From Patescibacteria group bacterium (GTDB lineage: Bacteria > Patescibacteriota > Minisyncoccia > Phycocordibacterales > UBA918), in assembly GCA_015485575.1 (NCBI GenBank), contig WFTF01000030.1:1-35155 (forward strand): 35,155 nt of DNA, in the 5' to 3' direction. Under the pieces are notes generated by a model. The model had not been told where the DNA came from. It saw only the letters and a list, made by a program, of their open reading frames with translations, and ran no database searches. Below, piece after piece: positions 27,917 to 35,155 of this stretch. The translations under genes were made by a program, and so were the position numbers. Position 1 is the stretch's first letter; every line of letters begins with the position of its first letter.

Positions 27917-28798
27917 TTAGTGGTCGCGAGTATAGTGATGGTGTGCTTTGTTGAGTATGTATTGAAGCGTATCTCTGCAATAATTACTTCCCGCAACCGC
28001 ATCTAGCTTTTCCCATCCCGGCTGCCAGTTTAATTCAAGAAAGAGCGGTTTGCCATTTTGAAGCAGTATATCAACGCCTGATATGTCCGCACCGAATTTT
28101 TCCGCCACCAGCCCCCCAAAATCCAAGAGCATATCTTTATACTTTTCTTCGGTGGGGACTATTTGTCCACCGGTATGTAAGTTTGCACGAAAATCATTCT
28201 TACTCGGTATTTTTTTATATGATGCAACCCCTTTGTTCCCGAGTGTGTAAACACGGTATTCATCTGCCCCCTCTATAAACTCTTGGTAGAGATACGCATC
28301 TTTCTTTTTGTGCGCTCTAAAGGCCTCCAGTTCTTCCGATGAGTGTATGAGTGCCACTCCATTTCCTTTTGACCCATCATCCGGCTTTATGACAAAAGTG
28401 TCACCGAGCACCTCTCGCACGCGTGCGTAGTTAAATCCTCCCACATATATGCTCTTTGGCTGGGGGATTCCATAGCGCCCGGCAAGCAGAGATTGCCTTG
28501 TTTTTTGGTGCATGTAGGCATGCCGAGCAACACCGTTTATATAAGGTATGTTTTTTTGCCGTAATATATATGACAATTCCTTTATGATGGGTCCCCGCAT
28601 GCCGGTCCGGTAGTACACAATATCGTAAGAGCAGATTTTTTGTACGAGTGCACTGCTTGCAAAATCCGCAAGATCAATGTGTGTGAAGGTGATTTGCTCA
28701 AACTGTATATCGTGCCGCGCAGCCATCGCCTGCAGATCTTGCATGGATGGTCCATTGAGATTGGTAATCACTCCAATAGAGTACTGTGTGTGTTCCAT
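27917..28798 (-). CDS. RimK/LysX-family ATP-grasp ligase
   Basis: IPQPKS, VIKPDDGSKGNGV, YQEFI, DFRANLHTGG, GVDIL, LELNWQPG. Confidence 0.85.
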   Translation of the reverse strand: MEHTQYSIGVITNLNGPSMQDLQAMAARHDIQFEQITFTHIDLADFASSALVQKICSYDIVYYRTGMRGPIIKELSYILRQKNIPYINGVARHAYMHQKTRQSLLAGRYGIPQPKSIYVGGFNYARVREVLGDTFVIKPDDGSKGNGVALIHSSEELEAFRAHKKKDAYLYQEFIEGADEYRVYTLGNKGVASYKKIPSKNDFRANLHTGGQIVPTEEKYKDMLLDFGGLVAEKFGADISGVDILLQNGKPLFLELNWQPGWEKLDAVAGSNYCRDTLQYILNKAHHHYTRDH

Positions 28799-28970
28799 AA
28801 TAGGCTGTATTTATACCATATAAGTGGTGACCGACCCAGTTTGTCAAGGGTTGATTTTGATAACTTGTGTGTTGCTGTTCCATAAGAGAGTCTTTTTATA
28901 GTATGCTTTTAGTCTCGGAAAAACAGTGTATTGCATCATCGGTGCCGCCGATGTCCCTGTAGAGCATTAT

Positions 28971-30302
28971 ATGAAACAACGGAACAAGAACATCATACTC
29001 TTTGTTATGACTTTTTATCCGCGCTATGTGGAGCATATTCGTGCATTTACCAAACAACATGGGAAAAAGTATCGTACTATGGTGCTATGGGATTCAAAAG
29101 TGAAAAAGAGTGAGGCGGTACAGAAGGGGATTTCCATGAGCGATATTTTTGTTGAATGTGATTTTTCAAAACCGTGGAAGATCGCAGAGGCGTTACTGCC
29201 TTACCAAAAAGAACTGCTGGCGGTCACCTGCCGCACCGAGCAAAATATTTCTCGTTTTGCACAGGTAATCCCACATGTACCGTATTTGCGCACACCAAGC
29301 ACAGAATCTCTGAAGTGGGCAACCGACAAGTATGAGATGCGCAAGCGTTTACGGCTGTTTGATGCAAAAAATACCCCTGTCTTCACTTGGGTAAAGGAAA
29401 ATACAAAAAAAGAAAGAAGAAGGGTCATTGAGAAGGTGCAGTTTCCCATGATCGTCAAGCCTGCAAGTTTGGCAGGCAGTCTTTTTGTAACCATCTGCTA
29501 CCACGAAGAGGAGTTGGAAAAGGCGCTACGGACACTCTTCAAGAAGATAAATACCGCATACGCAAATGATAATCGCAAGGAGGTGCCGAAGGTAATTGCG
29601 GAAGCGTATATGGAGGGCAGTTTGTACTCTATTGATTCCTATGTCAATTCGCGTGGTACGGTCTATCACTGTCCTTTGGTACAGCAAAAGACCGCACGTG
29701 AGATTGGACATGATGATTTTTATAATTACCTTCAAATTACCCCGACAGCACTCAAAGCGGCAACTGTAGAAAAAGCTCAAAAGGTTGCTGAAAATGCCAT
29801 TCACGCACTTGGGCTTCGCAGCGTCACCGCTCACGTTGAGTTGATGAAGGTGGATGATGAGTGGAAGGTGATTGAGGTGGGACCACGCTGCGGGGGCTTG
29901 CGCGACACCCTGTATGGACTTAGTTGTGATATTAATCACACTATGAATGATATTGCCATTCGTATCCCCAGAAAGCCAATTATTCCAAAAAAATGTAAGG
30001 GCTTTTCCGCATACCTCAAATATTTTGCCGATGCCGAAGGAGTGATCACAGAAACAAAAGGGATTAAGAAAATAGAGAGTTTGGAGTCATTTCAAAAGAT
30101 TACCGTCAATAAGAAGGTGGGGGATCGCGCCGTGTTTGCGCGCAACGGCGGACGTGCCATTTTTACCACTGTTTTGTATAACGACGATCGATCCAAGTTG
30201 TTGGCAGATATACGGAGACTTGAGAAGATGGTCAGTGTCACTGTACAAAGAGCCCGTGCATTGAACTCCAAAAAGAACGACACACAGATTAAAAAGAAAT
30301 AA
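28971..30302 (+). CDS. ATP-grasp domain protein (L-amino acid ligase-like)
   Basis: DKYEMR, FPMIVKP..AGS, EAYMEG..YSID, HVELM, IEVGPRCGG. Confidence 0.85.
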   Translation: MKQRNKNIILFVMTFYPRYVEHIRAFTKQHGKKYRTMVLWDSKVKKSEAVQKGISMSDIFVECDFSKPWKIAEALLPYQKELLAVTCRTEQNISRFAQVIPHVPYLRTPSTESLKWATDKYEMRKRLRLFDAKNTPVFTWVKENTKKERRRVIEKVQFPMIVKPASLAGSLFVTICYHEEELEKALRTLFKKINTAYANDNRKEVPKVIAEAYMEGSLYSIDSYVNSRGTVYHCPLVQQKTAREIGHDDFYNYLQITPTALKAATVEKAQKVAENAIHALGLRSVTAHVELMKVDDEWKVIEVGPRCGGLRDTLYGLSCDINHTMNDIAIRIPRKPIIPKKCKGFSAYLKYFADAEGVITETKGIKKIESLESFQKITVNKKVGDRAVFARNGGRAIFTTVLYNDDRSKLLADIRRLEKMVSVTVQRARALNSKKNDTQIKKK

Positions 30303-30317
30303 TCCGCATGATGAGTT

Positions 30318-30358
30318 ATACCAAAAGCTCTCACCCGTCCGGTGAGAGCTTTTGGTAT
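30318..30358 (+). terminator. Intrinsic terminator
   Basis: ATACCAAAAGCTCTCACC-5nt-GGTGAGAGCTTTTGGTAT 18-bp stem. Confidence 0.75.
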
Positions 30359-30368
30359 TATATAGCCA

Positions 30369-31151
30369 ATGATTCGTACGCGTGACCTGGTTTTGTTTGT
30401 TGTATCTTTGGTTTTTCTGCTGTCTGCATTGTCGCTGACTGTGGTGTCTGATAAGCAAGACATACCCACGGGTACTCAGTTTTCTCTACAAGAAACAGTT
30501 GCCGTACCTGTCGAGGGTGCTGAGGTGAGTAGCGTATCACAGTTGGATAGAGCTTCGGTGATTGCACGTTTGAAAGAGAAAATACAAAATACCTCACTGA
30601 TTATCACACCGCAACCGAGTGTTGTCTCAGACACAGAGGAAAGCACTTCCACACTCACAGCACAAACAGAATTGCAGGCATGTACCTATCCTGACGACGC
30701 GCTTGCAGTGGTTCCCAAATGGCCGCTTTCGGGAGTGCAAGTAATAGTCCAAGAGGGTGCACGGCTTGTTGTGTTTGAGGAAACGGCAACCTTACCCGCG
30801 CAAAGTGGCAGTAGTACACAGACAGCACCTACGGTGAGAAAAACGTTACTGCAGATGCCACTACAGCCGAAAAAGCTGGCACAGAGTGTGTGTGTCCCCA
30901 GTGAGGTTATTGGTGTATCACTTGACGGATTACTGTTGTTTAATCGGGATATGCGATTTTACCGCAATGTGCCGGAAGAGACACGTATTGGCTATGCGCG
31001 CGACGGATTTCCCATATATGGAGTCTATGAAGGGGAAACCGATGCCTGCGGAGGATATGAGCACCCAAGCGGCTACCGCTATGTGGTGTCAAAAGATAGA
31101 GATTATGTAATAGGTTGTTTTGTCGCTTCGCCCGCAACATTTGATTGGTAA
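30369..31151 (+). CDS. Exported YHYH-like domain protein (degenerate)
   Basis: IGVSLDG, IGYARDGFPIYG, DACGG, YRY. Confidence 0.65.
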   Translation: MIRTRDLVLFVVSLVFLLSALSLTVVSDKQDIPTGTQFSLQETVAVPVEGAEVSSVSQLDRASVIARLKEKIQNTSLIITPQPSVVSDTEESTSTLTAQTELQACTYPDDALAVVPKWPLSGVQVIVQEGARLVVFEETATLPAQSGSSTQTAPTVRKTLLQMPLQPKKLAQSVCVPSEVIGVSLDGLLLFNRDMRFYRNVPEETRIGYARDGFPIYGVYEGETDACGGYEHPSGYRYVVSKDRDYVIGCFVASPATFDW

Positions 31152-31154
31152 GCT

Positions 31155-31865
31155 ATGGCAACACTTATTCTGGACATAGAAACCGTTGGTGAGGATTGGG
31201 ACGAATTGGACAGTGTGACACAAAAAGCACTTACACGGTGGGTTGCGAAAACCGCACGAACTCAAGAAGAATACCAAGTACTCTTGGATGACATACGGAA
31301 TGGTTTGGGATTTTCTCCATTAACCGGATATATGGTAGCTTTGGGAGTGTATGACTTAGAACGCGCACAAGGTGCGGTGTATTATACCGGAGCGGATACC
31401 GGCGTAAGTGAGCAGTACGGTGACTTTGTACTGAAGTCATGCAGTGAACTGCAGATGCTCACGGAGTTTTGGGATGCGGCTCGCAGCTATGACACATTTG
31501 TCACCTTTAACGGCAGGTGTTTTGATGCTCCTTTTTTGATACATCGTAGTGCCATACTCGGTGTGCACCCGACAAGAAACTTGATGGAGGGGAGGTATCC
31601 CTATCTGCAAAAAACGGTGCGCCATATAGACTTGCAAGACGAACTAACCTTTTATGGCGCTATGCAGCGAAAGGGAAATTTGCACCTGTTTTGTCGCGCC
31701 TATGGGATTGCAAGTCCGAAAGAACAAGGGGTGTCGGGGGACGATGTTGCGGAACTTTTTCGCCGGAAAAAGTTCCGCGACATCGCCGTATACAACGCAC
31801 ACGATGTGCGTGCCACTACCGCACTCTATGAAAAATATACGCGGTACTTTATACTACAATCGTAA
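31155..31865 (+). CDS. DEDDy 3'-5' exonuclease (RNase H-like, PolB proofreading-related)
   Basis: LDIETVG (ExoI), TFNGRCFD (ExoII), HIDL, YNAHDV (ExoIII). Confidence 0.85.
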   Translation: MATLILDIETVGEDWDELDSVTQKALTRWVAKTARTQEEYQVLLDDIRNGLGFSPLTGYMVALGVYDLERAQGAVYYTGADTGVSEQYGDFVLKSCSELQMLTEFWDAARSYDTFVTFNGRCFDAPFLIHRSAILGVHPTRNLMEGRYPYLQKTVRHIDLQDELTFYGAMQRKGNLHLFCRAYGIASPKEQGVSGDDVAELFRRKKFRDIAVYNAHDVRATTALYEKYTRYFILQS

Positions 31866-32496
31866 TGAAACAAGTTTTACCACTGCTGGCAGATTGGGCA
31901 AATGGTTTTTCGCACTATTGTTTGTAGCGGAGATAACCGACACACAACTGGTATGGTGGTATATACCGATTGCAATACTGTTCTCGCACACACCTGACGT
32001 GGATACGCTGCCCGAACTGTTTCATCGCAAAAAAGTTGCCGCTTCCTCTGCTTTTGTTTCCGACCACAGAACCTTTCTACACTATCCGATTATCTCCCTG
32101 CCTTTTGGCATTGTATCGGGCTTCCTATTTGGTTTTTGGGGATGGGTGTGGTGTGTAGCACTCATCCTGCACTTGTTAAACGATCTGTATGGTACCGGTT
32201 GGGGATTGCCGCTTTTATGGCCTGTAAGCACCCGTCGGTATAAGGTGCTTGGAAGACGTGTGAATCGGCTAAAGTATCTGTTGCAGCAGTCCGGACAGTA
32301 TCAGCGCCTTCCACACAATGAGCGGAAGCTTTGCTTTGCTGTGTCATGGAGTGCAAAAGAGCTACCCGAGTATATACAAAAATGGGGCATGGAGGACTGG
32401 ATAGAGAAGATATATATGCGCCTGACATGGATAAGTGGTATTGAGTATCTGCTCTTTATCGGCGCATGTGTATTAGTACTGCGTTTTTTCTATTAG
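31865..32496 (+). pseudogene. Metal-dependent membrane hydrolase (YdjM-like) with a frameshift near the 5' end
   Basis: PDVD, HRTFLH, HLLND and G.PLLWP motifs. The coupled start TAATG at 31865 is out of frame with the body by one base near T5 31906-31910. Confidence 0.65.
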
Positions 32497-32515
32497 AAAT
32501 GAGTATACTTTGGGC

Positions 32516-32650
32516 ATGAGTGTGTTTCCAAAAGATTTTTTATGGGGTGAGAGAGGTCTGGGAGACCTTTCGCAAGACTTTGCCAGCTATTTTCTTCAGA
32601 AAATAGCGACAAAGTGGACAGTCTCTGTAAGAGACAGCATTATAGTATGA
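32516..32650 (+). CDS. 44-aa upstream ORF duplicating the GH1 N-terminus (MSVFPKDFLWG...)
   Basis: TATACT 6 nt upstream of the ATG. The stop overlaps the GH1 ATG (ATGA at 32647-32650). Confidence 0.4.
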   Translation: MSVFPKDFLWGERGLGDLSQDFASYFLQKIATKWTVSVRDSIIV

Positions 32651-32681
32651 GTATGAAATTTCCAAAAGATTTTTTATGGGG
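32525..32681 (+). repeat. 23-bp direct repeat flanking a three-hairpin element
   Basis: TTTCCAAAAGATTTTTTATGGGG at 32525-32547 and 32659-32681. Confidence 0.9.
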
Positions 32682-33870
32682 AGCAGCAACCTCTTCCTAT
32701 CAGGTTGAGGGGTTTAACGAGAACACCGACTGGGCACAGGCGGCAAAACAGGGGAGAGTGCCGTATGCGGGACGTCTTGCCGATCACTATCATCGGTATG
32801 AGGAGGATTTTGATATTGCGAAAAAACTGGGGCATAATGCCCACCGTTTTTCCATAGAGTGGGCGCGTATTGAACCGCAGGAAGGCGTGTTTGATCAGGC
32901 AGAGATTGAGCACTATCGGCAGGTGTTGCGCGCATTGCATGCGCGCAACATCACTCCCATGGTGACACTGTGGCATTTTACGCTGCCGCTGTGGTTTTCC
33001 GAAAGTGGCGGGTTTGAGCGTAAGGATGCACCGGTAGTTTTTGCGCGCTACTGCGCACATGTGGTGCGTGAACTGGGGGATTTGTGTACACACTACGCCA
33101 CCATGAATGAGCCCAATGTCTACGCTTCCAACGGTTACCTGCGCGGTAGCTGGCCTCCATTTAAGCGCTTTGCGCTGACCGATATGGTGTCTATTACCAA
33201 CTCGGGACGAGGGTATAAAGCGCGTGCGGAAAAGAGTATCAGCGCTTTGTTTCTGTACAGAAAAGTAATGCGTACTCTTGCAGAAGCCCATAACTGTGCA
33301 TATGACGCCATCAAAAATGTTGCGCCGGAGAAAAATGTCAGCGTGGTGAAACATGTCATTTATTTTCATGCAAACCGGAACCCGTTTAACATGTTACGGT
33401 CATGGGTTGCCAATCAGCTATGGACACATGTATTTATGCGTCGCACCTTTCACAAGTGTGACTCTATCGGCTTAAACTACTATTTTCACAAGAAATTCGG
33501 AGACACAGAGGTGTGTGAAAAAACCGATATGGACTGGGATATATATCCGCAAGGATTGTATGATGCACTGCGCATGTTGTGGAAGTATAAAAAACCACTG
33601 TATGTCTCTGAGGCAGGCCTTGCAGATGCACAGGACAGATATCGTGCCGCGTACATTCAAACACAGGTGTCCGCAGTTGAGAAAGCATTGTCGGAGGGTA
33701 TTGATGTATTTGGGCATATGTACTGGTCTTTGATAGATAACTACGAGTGGGCGCTTGGTATTGATAAGAAGTTTGGACTGGTGGAGATTGATTACCAGAC
33801 GTTGGAAAGGCGCATTCGCCCCAGCGCCTGGGTCTATGCTGATCTGATTAAGAAGCATCGCAAAGACTAG
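32647..33870 (+). CDS. Glycoside hydrolase family 1 (beta-glucosidase-like)
   Basis: FPKDFLWGAATSSYQVEG, RFSIEWARI, TLWHF, TMNEP (acid/base), VSEAG (nucleophile), WSLIDNYEW, FGL. Start 32647 or 32653. Confidence 0.93.
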   Translation: MSMKFPKDFLWGAATSSYQVEGFNENTDWAQAAKQGRVPYAGRLADHYHRYEEDFDIAKKLGHNAHRFSIEWARIEPQEGVFDQAEIEHYRQVLRALHARNITPMVTLWHFTLPLWFSESGGFERKDAPVVFARYCAHVVRELGDLCTHYATMNEPNVYASNGYLRGSWPPFKRFALTDMVSITNSGRGYKARAEKSISALFLYRKVMRTLAEAHNCAYDAIKNVAPEKNVSVVKHVIYFHANRNPFNMLRSWVANQLWTHVFMRRTFHKCDSIGLNYYFHKKFGDTEVCEKTDMDWDIYPQGLYDALRMLWKYKKPLYVSEAGLADAQDRYRAAYIQTQVSAVEKALSEGIDVFGHMYWSLIDNYEWALGIDKKFGLVEIDYQTLERRIRPSAWVYADLIKKHRKD

Positions 33871-33920
33871 TGTGGACAGAAAGTACGGAAAAAGCGTACA
33901 AAAAGTGGGATAATACGTTC

Positions 33921-34853
33921 ATGGCTTGGCTTTTACTTGCTGCCGGCGGGCAATTTTTGAATGCAATTGTGGCAGTGTTGGATAAATATATTGTCACCGA
34001 TGAGAAGGTGCTACCTCGTCCGTTTGTGTATGCCTTTTACTCTTGTTTAGTGACCGCTTTTTGGGTTGTTGTTTACATTTTTGGGTTTATCCCGGGGTTG
34101 AACACTCTGGGTGTGCCACGCTTTGAAAATGTGCAGGCGCCGTCAATTCAAGTGGTGGGTATGTCTTTTTTGGCGGCATATACATTTTTTATGGCACTGG
34201 TGTCAATGTACACCGCCCTAAAAGAGGGGGACGCGTCTGACGTCATGCCAGTTATCGGTGCGATATCGGCACTGTCAGCCTTCGGTCTTTCCTACTTGCT
34301 TCTGGGTATCACACTCTCCCAAAACTTTATATGGGGTATCGCCTTACTTATTGTAGGTACGCTACTGGTGTCCCAGATTCACTTTACCAAAACATTGGTC
34401 CTGCACACGGTCCATAGTGGGTTGTTTTTCGCTTTGCACTACATTGCCATGAAGGGACTCTTTCAAGAAACTTCTTTTGATGATGGGTTTTTCTGGTCGC
34501 GTGTTGGGTTGGTTGTCTTTGCACTCTCTTTGCTTCTTATCCCCGCATATTATGAGAAAATCAAACGACAAACAAAAAAGACCACCAAAAAGAGCGGGCT
34601 GCTTGTGGTCTTTGCAAAGGTGTTGGCGGGAGTGGCGGCCTTTACACTTTTGAAGGCGACAGACATGGGTGATGTGACAGTGGTGCAGGCACTGGATGGG
34701 TTAAAGTATGTGTTCATTATCATATTGAGTATTGCATTTGGACGCTTTCTTCCACAAACTGCAGGTGAAAATCAGTGGAACGCGCAGATTATTTTGCGGA
34801 AAGTTCTCTATGTAAGTGTTATTTCCATCGGGTTTGTGATGTTGTTTGTATAG
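33921..34853 (+). CDS. DMT/EamA-like 10-TM membrane protein
   Basis: Two repeats: VLDKY...ALKEGDASDVMP and ATDMGDVTVVQAL. Confidence 0.75.
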   Translation: MAWLLLAAGGQFLNAIVAVLDKYIVTDEKVLPRPFVYAFYSCLVTAFWVVVYIFGFIPGLNTLGVPRFENVQAPSIQVVGMSFLAAYTFFMALVSMYTALKEGDASDVMPVIGAISALSAFGLSYLLLGITLSQNFIWGIALLIVGTLLVSQIHFTKTLVLHTVHSGLFFALHYIAMKGLFQETSFDDGFFWSRVGLVVFALSLLLIPAYYEKIKRQTKKTTKKSGLLVVFAKVLAGVAAFTLLKATDMGDVTVVQALDGLKYVFIIILSIAFGRFLPQTAGENQWNAQIILRKVLYVSVISIGFVMLFV

Positions 34854-34856
34854 TGT

Positions 34857-35155
34857 ATGAAACGGTACTTGCGTAAAAAATGGTTGCTAGTCACACTAAG
34901 TGCGGTTTTGTTACTGGTACTGCTCATCGGAGTACTTTCGTACAAGCCAAAGCCGCAGCGCATTACTTACGGCATGTCGTTTAATACACTCTATGCGCGG
35001 GAGTTGGGTTTGGATTGGAAGGAAACTTATGACGCTATTCTGGAGGACTTGGGTGTGCGACAACTGCGGCTTGCGGCACACTGGCCCATGGTTGAGCCCA
35101 TAGACGACGTATACAATTTTGAAGAACTTGACTATCAAATAGCAAAGGCGCAAGA
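34857..35155 (+). CDS. Membrane-anchored clan GH-A glycoside hydrolase (GH42/GH5-like), 3'-truncated by the window edge
   Basis: Hand translation (absent from the ORF track): MKRYLRKKW-TM-...YGMSFNTLYARELGLDWKETYDAILEDLGVRQLRLAAHWPMVEPIDDVYNFEELDYQI. Confidence 0.75.
   Translation, partial: MKRYLRKKWLLVTLSAVLLLVLLIGVLSYKPKPQRITYGMSFNTLYARELGLDWKETYDAILEDLGVRQLRLAAHWPMVEPIDDVYNFEELDYQIAKAQ

Noticed and set aside
32525-32681. CRISPR-like repeat-spacer-repeat
   Set aside because: Only two copies, a 111-nt spacer, the repeat is coding sequence, and there are no cas genes.
32674-33369. Long antisense ORFs (231 aa here; also 21918-22535 and 27348-27980)
   Set aside because: Shadows of well-supported genes on the opposite strand, with no recognisable motifs.
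1-35155. Alternative genetic code, tRNA/rRNA genes, transposases, integrases or defence systems
   Set aside because: TGA terminates several genes normally and ORFs are intact under code 11. No such genes were recognised by eye; tRNAscan and HMM searches were not run.

Overview
Gene-dense bacterial window, genetic code 11, almost all genes on the + strand, with few recognisable Shine-Dalgarno sites and many apparently leaderless genes. Gene content and style suggest Patescibacteria/CPR (Parcubacteria-like); this is inference only. Positions 1-8264 hold a copper/heavy-metal cluster: a CPH-type P1B ATPase, cfa, and a run of uncharacterised exported Cys/His/Met-motif proteins. Stress and housekeeping genes follow: EamA, cupin, clpB, a P3A H+-ATPase, a methyltransferase, a tandem dead+active M14 carboxypeptidase pair and a DEAD-box helicase with a structured upstream RNA. 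Next is a CsoR-family repressor with a perfect operator, divergent from an adaptor-RND-DUF2892 operon that has no TolC gene in the window. The last part has a ZIP transporter, two divergent ATP-grasp ligases, a YHYH-like protein, an exonuclease, a frameshifted membrane hydrolase, a GH1 with a duplicated 5' end, a DMT protein and a partial GH-A glycosidase. No rRNA, tRNA, CRISPR array or transposase was seen. Family names come from motif recognition, not database searches.
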